14,493 nucleotides of DNA from an uncultured archaeon (GTDB taxonomy: Archaea > Asgardarchaeota > Jordiarchaeia > Jordiarchaeales > Jordiarchaeaceae). The translations under genes and the position numbers were made by a program. This document shows, piece by piece, positions 1 to 7,711 of the stretch. Each line of letters opens with the position of its first letter. The stretch's first letter is position 1. Where the stretch lies: assembly GCA_964510585.1 (NCBI GenBank), contig CAZECW010000010.1, positions 1 to 14,493 on the forward strand, in the 5' to 3' direction. Under the pieces are notes generated by a model, which was given only the letters and a program-made list of their open reading frames with translations, had not been told where the DNA came from and did no database searches.

Positions 1-140
1 GCCCCCATGAGGGTGCCAACATAGACGCCGTTCCCCTGAGGGAAGGGCGTGTTAACTGGGTGATGGCACACCCATTGCTTCGAAGGCTCCCGATGAGCCA
101 GAAGCAAGAATCTCCCGACTTTAGTCGCGGAGAGTGTCAA
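1..140 (+). mobile_element. Right end of an IS200/IS605-family element (IS605/IS1341-like, tnpB-bearing); the rest lies left of the window
   Basis: GAAT (108-111) sits at the foot of a subterminal hairpin (111-119 pairs 124-133, TTTA loop, bulged C128), and the element ends in TCAA (137-140). This GAAT/hairpin/TCAA layout is the established right-end architecture of IS608-type elements. The MFS-like protein sequence on the minus strand stops exactly at the 141/140 junction. Confidence 0.85.
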
Positions 141-160
141 AGATTCAAGCCAATGCACCA
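1..160 (+). ncRNA. TnpB omega RNA (reRNA), 3' part of scaffold (1-140) plus flank-derived guide (141 to ~160)
   Basis: Stems found by hand: 25-35/40-50 (one G-G mismatch), 57-62/69-74, 75-81/101-107 with inner 85-89/95-99, and 111-119/124-133. Loop 64-68 (UGGCA) can pair with 135-139 (UGUCA) to form a pseudoknot next to the guide, as in characterised TnpB RNAs. The guide length is assumed from characterised systems. Confidence 0.7.
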
Positions 161-320
161 GAAAGGCCTGCAGAACAACCCAAGGAGTATACCCTATCAT
201 TCCTTGTGCCATCATAACAAGAATTGTTCTGGTTCTAAATATTGTTCCAATCGCGCTGCGTTCTATTTTATATTTTTCAGCATATTCGGCTGTCAGTACT
301 CCCTTCAACTCCTTTTCTGA
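3..320 (+). CDS. tnpB: C-terminal tail of TnpB (5'-partial), reading through the right end into flanking DNA
   Basis: Frame 3 is open from the window start: PHEGANIDAVPLREGRVNWVMAHPLLRRLPMSQKQESPDFSRGECQ. The ESPxFSRGECQ ending is typical of TnpB tails overlapping the right end. The nuclease core is outside the window. Residues after position 140 are antisense MFS sequence up to TGA 318-320. Confidence 0.6.
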   Translation, partial: PHEGANIDAVPLREGRVNWVMAHPLLRRLPMSQKQESPDFSRGECQRFKPMHQKGLQNNPRSIPYHSLCHHNKNCSGSKYCSNRAAFYFIFFSIFGCQYSLQLLF

Positions 321-1052
321 AGCTCCTTTTGTTGGCTCCTTTATGAGAAACCAAATTACTGCTGCGGCTACAAAGCTCAGGATAGCAATTAGAATGAAAC
401 CTAAACGCCAAGCGCCATAGTGCACCGTGTACTTCATTAATGTGTCAAATGTAAATAGTTGCGTCAATAGAGGGAGGGTTAACGGGTTTATCTCATTCAG
501 TACATATAGTGTTAGTAGGTCGGATTCCAGTCCAAAAGTATAACTTGGAGCATCGATGGCTCCCATCACTGGTACAAGTACAGCGATTCCCAATATGCCA
601 ACCATCTGGAATATTCCTAGATATTTGCCTCTATCTTCGGGCTTGTAGTAGTCCACAATGATTGAGAAGCCTGTCGGTATAATGGATGCAAGGCCGAATC
701 CCGCCAAAAGTCTGAAAAAGAGAAGAGAAGAAAAATTATTTGATGTGGCGCACAACAGTGTAAAAATACCCCAAACAATGCAGCCCACTGTCAATACACT
801 TTTGCGAGAATACCTATCCGCCAAGTATCCCCACAGCGGAGCGGCAACCGTTTGTAGAGCGGATCTTGCTGTCGTTATTAACCCCAGTGAGGCTCGTGTT
901 ATTGCCAGCTCTCTACCTATCGAAGTATAATATGTAGGCAGGGCCTGTGCATCTGCATAATTAATGAAATACGCGAAACTAACTGCGGATAAAGATCTCG
1001 TTTCGGTAGGTTGCTCCTCCAACCTTTTCTGATAATTATTGTTTTTTCCCAT
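141..1052 (-). pseudogene. MFS transporter, N-terminal 304 codons, interrupted by the IS insertion
   Basis: Translated by hand from ATG 1052 (AAGGGG upstream): MGKNNNY...LWGYLADRYSRKSVL (MFS motif A)...FRLLAGFG...PEDRGKYLG...GAWRLGF...QAFLVHWLES, then IS sequence. This is only about 7 TM segments, whereas MFS proteins need 12. It is absent from the ORF track because the frame has no stop before the window edge. Confidence 0.85.
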
Positions 1053-1455
1053 ATATTTAGCCCCTTTTTTTTTAAAGGCAACGCGTCTAGTTAAGAGAGC
1101 TTCTAGGTTTTAAAAATTTCGTTCAGAATCCTTAAACCACTCTTTAAATAAAATAGAACTTTACACTAAAACAGGGAATATAGCTATGCTTCAGTGACTA
1201 AAATTTGAGTTGTATGAATTTAGCCTCTGCGTTTAATTGAGGAATAATTAGAATTTAATTGCTCGGATATGAGTATATTCTAATCTATTTGGTTGGAGTT
1301 GATTACCGGAAAAAAAGGAACCAAAAAGGCAGATCCGTCCCCGTGAGCTATAAACATAACAGGAGCCTTTTGGCTAATTATTTTATTTCAAAGCAGGGCA
1401 TGCCCCCCTCAGTATATTCAACTGTTCCAAAAAATAGAGGGGAGAGAGTGGTGTT

Positions 1456-2190
1456 TCACTTCCTGAGTTCGTTAAATACTTGTGCTAGTAGGATATAAGC
1501 TACAAAAACTAGTGCTATTCCAATTCCACCTAGGAATAATAGGCCCCCTATTATGGATAGAATTCCGGCGGCTAGCATGTTGTCTGGCTTGGGTGTTCTT
1601 GTGCGAATTACAATCATTGTGACTCCCATCACAATGTAGCCAACAATTACTATTATCGCTGTTACTCCAATTGCTATGCCCAGCCCCATATCCCTAACTG
1701 TTGCTTGTATTAATGGGATTACTAACGAAAAGTAATGGTAGAAAATTAGGCTCCAGGGGGAAAGAGTCATTGAGGGAAACAGTCCGATGGGTATTATAAC
1801 TGCGAGTGCTCCGAAGCCCAACATCATTATGAGTGAGGTAATTAGGCAGAGACTGCTCTGTTCTTTTTTGTAGAGTCCATAGAACCCGTACCCAGTCATT
1901 GCATTTCCAGCGGCGAAGGGTAGAGCGCCCAGAATACCTAGGCCAAACATTAGGTAGGCGTTTCTGGAGGATAGGTCGACTGCGGCCATAAGTGCTACTG
2001 TTTCGAATGGTAGGAGGGGGAGCGTTCCAATTATTGGTAGGCTTATTTGGGCCAATGAGGCGTAAGCTAACCCTAATAAATTGTAGTCTCTGTTCATGGT
2101 TGCCATCACTATTGCTATTATTCCCAATAGGATGAGTGAGAGCAGGGAAACTATGATTCCAAGGAATGCTACTTTGTATTCAGAGTTCAT
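1456..2190 (-). CDS. Multi-pass membrane protein, 244 aa, C-terminus resembling DUF973/DUF996-type archaeal proteins
   Basis: ATG 2190 with AGGAG upstream; about 6-7 hydrophobic segments. The C-terminus AAGILSIIGGLLF..IGIALVFVAYILLAQVF resembles the DUF996-type ending as I recall it (family not verified). Confidence 0.75.
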   Translation of the reverse strand: MNSEYKVAFLGIIVSLLSLILLGIIAIVMATMNRDYNLLGLAYASLAQISLPIIGTLPLLPFETVALMAAVDLSSRNAYLMFGLGILGALPFAAGNAMTGYGFYGLYKKEQSSLCLITSLIMMLGFGALAVIIPIGLFPSMTLSPWSLIFYHYFSLVIPLIQATVRDMGLGIAIGVTAIIVIVGYIVMGVTMIVIRTRTPKPDNMLAAGILSIIGGLLFLGGIGIALVFVAYILLAQVFNELRK

Positions 2191-2354
2191 TTTAATTTCT
2201 CCTAATGCCTTTTAGCATGATGAAAAACTACAATATGTAGTTTACACTATGGTAAGTAGTTTACTTAAACCTTTCTCTACTGGCAAAAAATTAAGGGTTA
2301 AGATCCAAACGCCTATACCTCATATCTGGTTATAAAGAAACCCTATAATGCCCC

Positions 2355-2362
2355 TTTATAAA
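2355..2362 (+). promoter_or_regulatory. Candidate TATA box in the divergent promoter region
   Basis: TTTATAAA lies between the divergent genes starting at 2190 (-) and 2479 (+). It is near-palindromic, so the orientation is uncertain. Confidence 0.4.
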
Positions 2363-2478
2363 AGGCCAAAAATATCACATTTACAAATTAGCCTGTCTGG
2401 TTTTTTGGATTTGTTTTGGGATAAACTTATTATTATTTTTTTGTTAAGTGTTGGTTTAATAGTTTTGGAGAGAGTTTT

Positions 2479-3459
2479 ATGGTTGAGTCGGAAGCTTACA
2501 ATAAGTTGATGAGTGCTTCTGAGGCTGTTAGGAAATTTATAAGTGATGGTGAGCAGGTCTGTATTGCGAATTTTCTCCAGTCTTCTCCTTTTGCCCTCAT
2601 CCATGAAATCATCAGACAGAAAAAGAGGAATTTGACTTTGTGGAGTACTTCGCTGATAGATGAGGCGGATTTGCTTATTGCTGGTGGGTGTTTGAAGCGG
2701 ATAATTACTGCATTCAGTTTCAGATTGGGTGGGTCCAATTATGGGACTGAATTTGAGAGGGCAATAAAGGAGAAGAGGGTTGAAGTGGAAGACTATTCAA
2801 ACTATTCTATTTTGGCCATGTTAATGGCGGGGGCTATGGGGCAGACTTTTATGCAGGTTCCTATAGGTCTCAAGTATACTGATATTTTCCGAAAGAGGAG
2901 CTTTATGGGAGAAAACAAGTTTAAGGAAATAGAATGTCCCTTCACCGGAAAAAAGGTGCTCCTTGTTCCTGCAGCTAATCCCGATGTGGCTATTGTTCAT
3001 GTTCAAAGGGTAGATGCTGAGGGTAATGCGCAGCTGTGGGGTGCGCTTGGTACTGTAAAGTGGGCTAGTTTAGCTTGTAAAAAGATTATTGTATCCGCTG
3101 AGGAGATGGTAGACCATGAAACAGTGAATCGCAGTCCTCATCATACCATTATTCCCGGTTTTCGCGTCAACGCTGTCGTTATAGAACCGTGGGGTGCCCA
3201 TCCTTCTGAAGTGCATGGGTACTATGATATGGACTTCTTTTTTAGAGCTTTGCTGGGAGCAATGAACTGGAGCAGTGAAAGTCTCCAACACTTCCTTATA
3301 GAATGGGTCTACAATTTGGAGAATAGACAACAATACGTCGCACACTATATTGAAAGATTTGGAAAAAAATACTTGGACAGGTTGAGGGCAAAACCCTATT
3401 ACAGCGCACCGGTAAATTACGGCTCATCTTTTAGAAAACATATGCAACTGGAGGATTAG
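2479..3459 (+). CDS. Family I CoA-transferase alpha subunit (glutaconate CoA-transferase GctA-like)
   Basis: Motifs EAVRKFISDG, PFALIHEIIRQ, EDYSN..AMLMAGAMG..F, PAANPDVAIVHVQRVD..GN and EPWGAHP; directly followed by a beta subunit. Confidence 0.9.
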   Translation: MVESEAYNKLMSASEAVRKFISDGEQVCIANFLQSSPFALIHEIIRQKKRNLTLWSTSLIDEADLLIAGGCLKRIITAFSFRLGGSNYGTEFERAIKEKRVEVEDYSNYSILAMLMAGAMGQTFMQVPIGLKYTDIFRKRSFMGENKFKEIECPFTGKKVLLVPAANPDVAIVHVQRVDAEGNAQLWGALGTVKWASLACKKIIVSAEEMVDHETVNRSPHHTIIPGFRVNAVVIEPWGAHPSEVHGYYDMDFFFRALLGAMNWSSESLQHFLIEWVYNLENRQQYVAHYIERFGKKYLDRLRAKPYYSAPVNYGSSFRKHMQLED

Positions 3460-3515
3460 AAACAGATTTTCTTTTGTGAAATATGGAGCAATTTTTGAAT
3501 TGAGGTGAAGTGTGA

Positions 3516-4343
3516 TTGGAATATACGGCTTTGGAGTTGATGGTTTCCCTCGCATCGAGGGAAATTAGAAATGGTGATCGTGTTATTGTAGGTCAGGGAA
3601 TTCCAATTATAGCTGGTGTTGTGGCTAAGATGACCCATGCGCCGAAATGTATTCTTATGACTGAGGCTGGAATCATAGACTTTTTGCCCTACAAATCTGC
3701 TTTCCACATTGCGGAGAGCACTACTACTAAGGGCTTCAGCTACGCTTGTGATTTGGCGGACATCTTCACAACAATATTGTTTAGAGGCTACGTAGATGTT
3801 TGTTTCTTAGGTGCGGCTCAGGTGGACAAGTTCGGCAACATAAACTCCACGGTGATTGGAGATTATTATAATCCCAAAATGAGATTGCCCGGAGCTGGAG
3901 GCGCTGCAGATTTTATTGGATACGCAAAAAGAACCATAATCACTCTAAGAGGCGGGGAATTCGTTGAGAAACTGGATTACCTTTCATCCCCTGGTTATTT
4001 AAGTGGTGGCGATTCGAGAGAAAAGGCAGGTTTTCCTCCCGGAACCGGGCCGAGCCTGCTAATTAGTAACCAGGGGGTTTTCGGTTTCGATGAGAAAACA
4101 AAAGAAATATTTCTTAAAGGCTGCTTTCCGGGTGTCGAAGTGGAGGATGTCAAAAAGAATGTTCCCTGGAACCTAAAAATTGCTCCTGAGCTTGAAAAAA
4201 TCGATCCTCCTCCCGAAGAGCACATAAAAATATTTCGAGAATACGCCTCGGGAATAATTTTGAGAAAAATTGGTGATAGCGGACAATTAGTTCAAGCCGT
4301 TTTGGATTTCATTATGGGTAAAGGGAGGGAAAAACAAATTTAG
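3516..4343 (+). CDS. Family I CoA-transferase beta subunit (GctB-like)
   Basis: TTG start with GAGGTG RBS. The catalytic-Glu region is LMTEAG, followed by FLGAAQVDKFGNINST, RLPGAGGAADF and GVFGFD. Confidence 0.9.
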   Translation: MEYTALELMVSLASREIRNGDRVIVGQGIPIIAGVVAKMTHAPKCILMTEAGIIDFLPYKSAFHIAESTTTKGFSYACDLADIFTTILFRGYVDVCFLGAAQVDKFGNINSTVIGDYYNPKMRLPGAGGAADFIGYAKRTIITLRGGEFVEKLDYLSSPGYLSGGDSREKAGFPPGTGPSLLISNQGVFGFDEKTKEIFLKGCFPGVEVEDVKKNVPWNLKIAPELEKIDPPPEEHIKIFREYASGIILRKIGDSGQLVQAVLDFIMGKGREKQI

Positions 4344-4441
4344 TGAAAACATTAATCATCATTTTTTAAGTAACTATCTAAACATTTTTATACTAGACAT
4401 TGTGAGAGTCTAATGGTCTTTGTGCTTCTTGGTGATCTGTT

Positions 4442-5476
4442 ATGGATGTTAAATTTGGTTTCTCGATTCCGGTTCCCACATATAGGTTGGAGCTGGCAGT
4501 TGAGGGTGCAAAGAAGGCGGAGCAGTGTGGCTTTGAGAGTTTGTGGTATGCTGACCATCTTACCACTATTCCGCCCGAGGGCAGGGTTTATGACGCCTTC
4601 GTGTTCTTAACAGTTATGGCTTTGAACACTTCCCGTGTCACTCTTTGTACTGGTGTTTCTGATCCTCACCGTAGGCACCCTGCAGTCATGGCCCATACAT
4701 TGGCAACTCTTGACGTGGTTTCTAATGGTAGAGCCATGCTGGGTATTGGAGCGGGTGAAGCTATGAACCTTAAAATGTTCAATATTGACGCCAAAAAACC
4801 AGTTTCAAAATTGAGAGAGTTTATTGAGGTTATGCGGCTTCTCTGGAAGGAAGATAAAGTTAACTATGATGGCGAGTTCTTCAAAATGAAGGATGCTCTC
4901 CTGCAGCTTAAACCAGTTCAGAAAACAATTCCAATTTACATTGCGGCTAATGGGCCTGTTTCAAGGAGGCTTGCCGGTGAGATGGGTGATGGATGGTTTC
5001 CCTTCTATGAGAGTCCCAATTTAATTGCCAGACACATAAAAGATGTAGAGGAGGGTGCAAAAAGGGCGGGCAGAAGTATGGAGGAGATTGACGTGTGCTA
5101 CAATTGTATGACTGCCATAGCTGACGATTTCGAGACAGCTCTGAAGAGAGTTGAATTTATGAAGGGTGGACATTTACTATTCCCAGATAAATTAAAGGAA
5201 GAGTACAATATTGAGGTGCCCAAAGACCTAGCCATCCAAAAAATAACTCCCTCAAATGAGGATCTTATGAAGCTTCTTCAATATCTCAACAAGGTTCCAG
5301 ACCGAATCCTGCAGGATTTTAATATTATAGGCACGTTGGACCAGGTTATGGACCAGATAGAAGCATTTATCAAGGCGGGAGTCAAACACTTTGCCTTACT
5401 CAACAGGGGACCAGACCCTAACAAAGTTTTTGAAATTTATCGGGACAAAATAATACCCTATTTTAAAGAATTATGA
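4442..5476 (+). CDS. LLM-class (luciferase-like) oxidoreductase 1, probably F420-dependent
   Basis: Motifs WYADHL, DPHRRHPAVMA, SNGRAMLGIGAGE and IYIAANGP; candidate TATA box TTTTTATA at 4385-4392. Confidence 0.9.
   Translation: MDVKFGFSIPVPTYRLELAVEGAKKAEQCGFESLWYADHLTTIPPEGRVYDAFVFLTVMALNTSRVTLCTGVSDPHRRHPAVMAHTLATLDVVSNGRAMLGIGAGEAMNLKMFNIDAKKPVSKLREFIEVMRLLWKEDKVNYDGEFFKMKDALLQLKPVQKTIPIYIAANGPVSRRLAGEMGDGWFPFYESPNLIARHIKDVEEGAKRAGRSMEEIDVCYNCMTAIADDFETALKRVEFMKGGHLLFPDKLKEEYNIEVPKDLAIQKITPSNEDLMKLLQYLNKVPDRILQDFNIIGTLDQVMDQIEAFIKAGVKHFALLNRGPDPNKVFEIYRDKIIPYFKEL
5447..5470 (+). repeat. 24-nt near-identical segment, copy 1 (copy 2 at 6624-6647)
   Basis: AAAATAATACCCTATTTTAAAGAA vs AAAATAATACCCTACTTTAAAGAA, 23/24 identical. 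Both encode KIIPYFKE at the end of an LLM gene. Confidence 0.85.
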
Positions 5477-5526
5477 GACTTAAATTCCATTTTAACACCC
5501 CTCTAAAACAAAGTAGAGGGTAAAAC

Positions 5527-5566
5527 AGGTTATAATAACCTAAAAAATAAGCTATAAATTTATAAA
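5527..5566 (+). promoter_or_regulatory. Inverted repeat AGGTTA-N3-TAACCT (5527-5541) followed by TATA box TTTATAAA (5559-5566)
   Basis: Perfect 6-bp inverted repeat 17 nt upstream of a TATA-like octamer, which lies about 45 nt before the LLM2 ATG. Confidence 0.5.
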
Positions 5567-5609
5567 GAGAAGACGTCGTATTTTGGTAAAATATTAAAAG
5601 GGTGTATTT

Positions 5610-6659
5610 ATGCCTCCAGTTCCCCAGTTTGGTGCTCACTTGCCAAATGCTCCACTTTCCGACATTTACGACGCCGTTTCCTATGCAAATAATAATGGGT
5701 TTGACTCAGTGTGGGTGGGGGACCATTTGGTGGGAGCCGGAATAAAGGTTTGGGACGCAATGGAGCCCTTCCCAACACTGGCTGCCATATCTTCTAGGAC
5801 GAATCTAAATTTGGGAATAAGTGTGGTTGATGCGGCTAGAAGACACCCCGCAGTTTTGGCTCAGAACATTGTTACAGTAGACCATATTTCAAATGGCAGA
5901 CTTATAGTAGGAATAGGTGCTGGTGAGTCTCCTTCCATTAAACCTTTTGGAATTAGGTGGGATAAGCCAGTCAGCATTATGGAAGAGAACATAAGAATAC
6001 TCAAAAAATTTTTCACAGGCGGCACCATCAACTATAGCGGCGAATTTTACAAGTTGAAAAATGCTTTCCTCCTCCCTCTCCCCTTCCAGCAACCGCATCC
6101 CCCCTTCTGGATTGCGGCCAACTCGCCCAGAACAAGGAGAATAGCCGCAGAGCTGGGAGATGGATGGTTACCACAGGCTTTAACTCCTGACGAGTATAGA
6201 AAATTCTGGAAGGAAATAGAGGACAACGCCACAAAGTTTGGAAGAGACCCCGAAAAAATTGTGAGGGCAAACACCATTTATGCAAACGTTTCAAAAAAGG
6301 AGGAGGAAGGACCAAATCCAATAGAATTGCCGGCGAAATTGCTCTCAACCTTTTGGCCTGACACACTTAAAAAAGTGGGAATAGAGGTTCCAGAGGAGTT
6401 TAGCCTGAAAAAATTCACATATAGCCCAGAAACAATAAAGAAGGCTATCGAGTTCGCCAAAAAAATTCCCTTTGAAGCCATCGAGGAACGCTTCATTTAC
6501 GGCACACCGGATAAGTGTATCGAGAGAATCGATAATCTCTATAAGGCGGGCAACCACTACTTCGTGTGCATACTCCTTGTCCCCACAAAACATAGAAAGA
6601 ACCAGTACGAATTATGGGGCAAAAAAATAATACCCTACTTTAAAGAACAATACCAGTAA
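5610..6659 (+). CDS. LLM-class oxidoreductase 2, probably F420-dependent
   Basis: Motifs WVGDHL, DAARRHPAVLAQ, ISNGRLIVGIGAGE, WDKPVS and FWIAANSPR; paralogous to the upstream gene. Confidence 0.9.
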   Translation: MPPVPQFGAHLPNAPLSDIYDAVSYANNNGFDSVWVGDHLVGAGIKVWDAMEPFPTLAAISSRTNLNLGISVVDAARRHPAVLAQNIVTVDHISNGRLIVGIGAGESPSIKPFGIRWDKPVSIMEENIRILKKFFTGGTINYSGEFYKLKNAFLLPLPFQQPHPPFWIAANSPRTRRIAAELGDGWLPQALTPDEYRKFWKEIEDNATKFGRDPEKIVRANTIYANVSKKEEEGPNPIELPAKLLSTFWPDTLKKVGIEVPEEFSLKKFTYSPETIKKAIEFAKKIPFEAIEERFIYGTPDKCIERIDNLYKAGNHYFVCILLVPTKHRKNQYELWGKKIIPYFKEQYQ

Positions 6660-6743
6660 CCATCAGCAGAAATAATAACTTGAATAACCAAGTCTTCACC
6701 TAACTAATTAGACTAAAACCTTTATTGGTAAAGGTACGTGTTT

Positions 6744-6760
6744 CGAAAAGTTATTTAAAA
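6744..6760 (+). promoter_or_regulatory. BRE + TATA promoter for the small membrane protein genes
   Basis: CGAAAAG followed by TTATTTAAAA. The ATG at 6777 is too close to this TATA box to be transcribed, which favours ATG 6810. Confidence 0.6.
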
Positions 6761-6809
6761 CAAACCGTGTAAGGGTATGTTGAAGATTCAAATTTGGAGG
6801 GCGTTTGAA

Positions 6810-7100
6810 ATGTCTGCTAGAGATATAGATTTGGAAGCCAGTGCCTCAATAATTTTGATAGCCTCCAAGTACATTGTGGCAAGTGTCGTAGCAGTAGCCA
6901 TTGGGGCAGTAAGCCTCGTCTATGGAGTCCTCACCTACTTTGTTTACGGGACGTATGCATCCTCAGCAGCAATATTTATGGGACTATTTATTGGTCTTGC
7001 GCTAATCCTCATAGGGGTATTCCTAACATTTTGGGGCCTGTACTGGATGCGAAGCGAGGGAAAAAGACTGAAGCAAAAACTTGAAAAAAGACCTCAATAA
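6810..7100 (+). CDS. Small 2-TM membrane protein, paralog A (96 aa)
   Basis: ATG 6810 with GGAGGG RBS (the ORF track starts at 6777). Two hydrophobic helices and a basic tail; shares YG-L-Y-F, F-G-FIG and WG-(Y/F)W with paralogs B and C. Confidence 0.8.
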   Translation: MSARDIDLEASASIILIASKYIVASVVAVAIGAVSLVYGVLTYFVYGTYASSAAIFMGLFIGLALILIGVFLTFWGLYWMRSEGKRLKQKLEKRPQ

Positions 7101-7120
7101 ACAGTGGAGGAAAAACAACT

Positions 7121-7534
7121 TTGAAGGGAAGGAAAGAATCAGGCCACAAGGCCAACAATCCAGAAAAGCCAAAGCGTCCCGTACCACGATGGGAGGATAT
7201 CGCAGAGCGAGTCTATGGTAGGCTTAACTGGTATGCTACACGCTTCATAATTTTTTCAGTCATCGGCATGGTAATAGGAGTAACGGGACTAGTCTACGGA
7301 ATACTAGCCTACTATTTCCTCGTGAATCCTCTCACTACACTTAACCCAGTTACTGTGGTTCTCTACTACCAAATAAATCCGCTATTAATCTCTACTCTAA
7401 AACCATCGGGGCTTCAGGAAACTTCAGTATTTCTGGGTGTTTTCATTGGCATCGGCGCCATAGTTGCTTCACTTGTACTATTAGTGTGGGGAATATTCTG
7501 GAGAAAAATAGTTGACAAACGTAGTATATTTTAA
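7121..7534 (+). CDS. Small 2-TM membrane protein, paralog B (137 aa)
   Basis: TTG start with GGAGG RBS, 20 nt after the paralog A stop. Has a basic N-terminus, a WYATRFIIFS motif and an RSIF C-terminus. Confidence 0.85.
   Translation: MKGRKESGHKANNPEKPKRPVPRWEDIAERVYGRLNWYATRFIIFSVIGMVIGVTGLVYGILAYYFLVNPLTTLNPVTVVLYYQINPLLISTLKPSGLQETSVFLGVFIGIGAIVASLVLLVWGIFWRKIVDKRSIF
7229..7254 (+). repeat. 26-nt exact repeat, copy 1 (copy 2 at 7805-7830)
   Basis: TGGTATGCTACACGCTTCATAATTTT is identical in paralogs B and C and encodes WYATRFII(F). Confidence 0.9.
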
Positions 7535-7711
7535 AGTTTGTTAGTTCAATTTTCAAGAAATCCTTTTGCATTTATCCTTAACAAAAATTTTATGAACATT
7601 TATGGACGGATTTAATAAAATTTAAAATTAGTATAAATTGACGCATTATAACCTGTGGAATAAACGTTTAGAAATGAGGGAGTGATCCCTATTTATTTTG
7701 GAGGAGGAAGC

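Noticed and set aside
1-140. IStron (self-splicing intron-IS hybrid) rescuing the MFS gene
   Set aside because: The element is antisense to the MFS, so splicing of the MFS mRNA could not use it, and no group I intron core is visible.
658-930. ORF-track ORF 658..930 (+)
   Set aside because: Antisense shadow of the MFS gene with no RBS or motif.
5474-5520. LLM1 TGA stop followed by a hairpin as a selenocysteine read-through signal
   Set aside because: Read-through hits TAA after 9 codons, the protein already ends like its paralog, and the hairpin lacks archaeal SECIS features.
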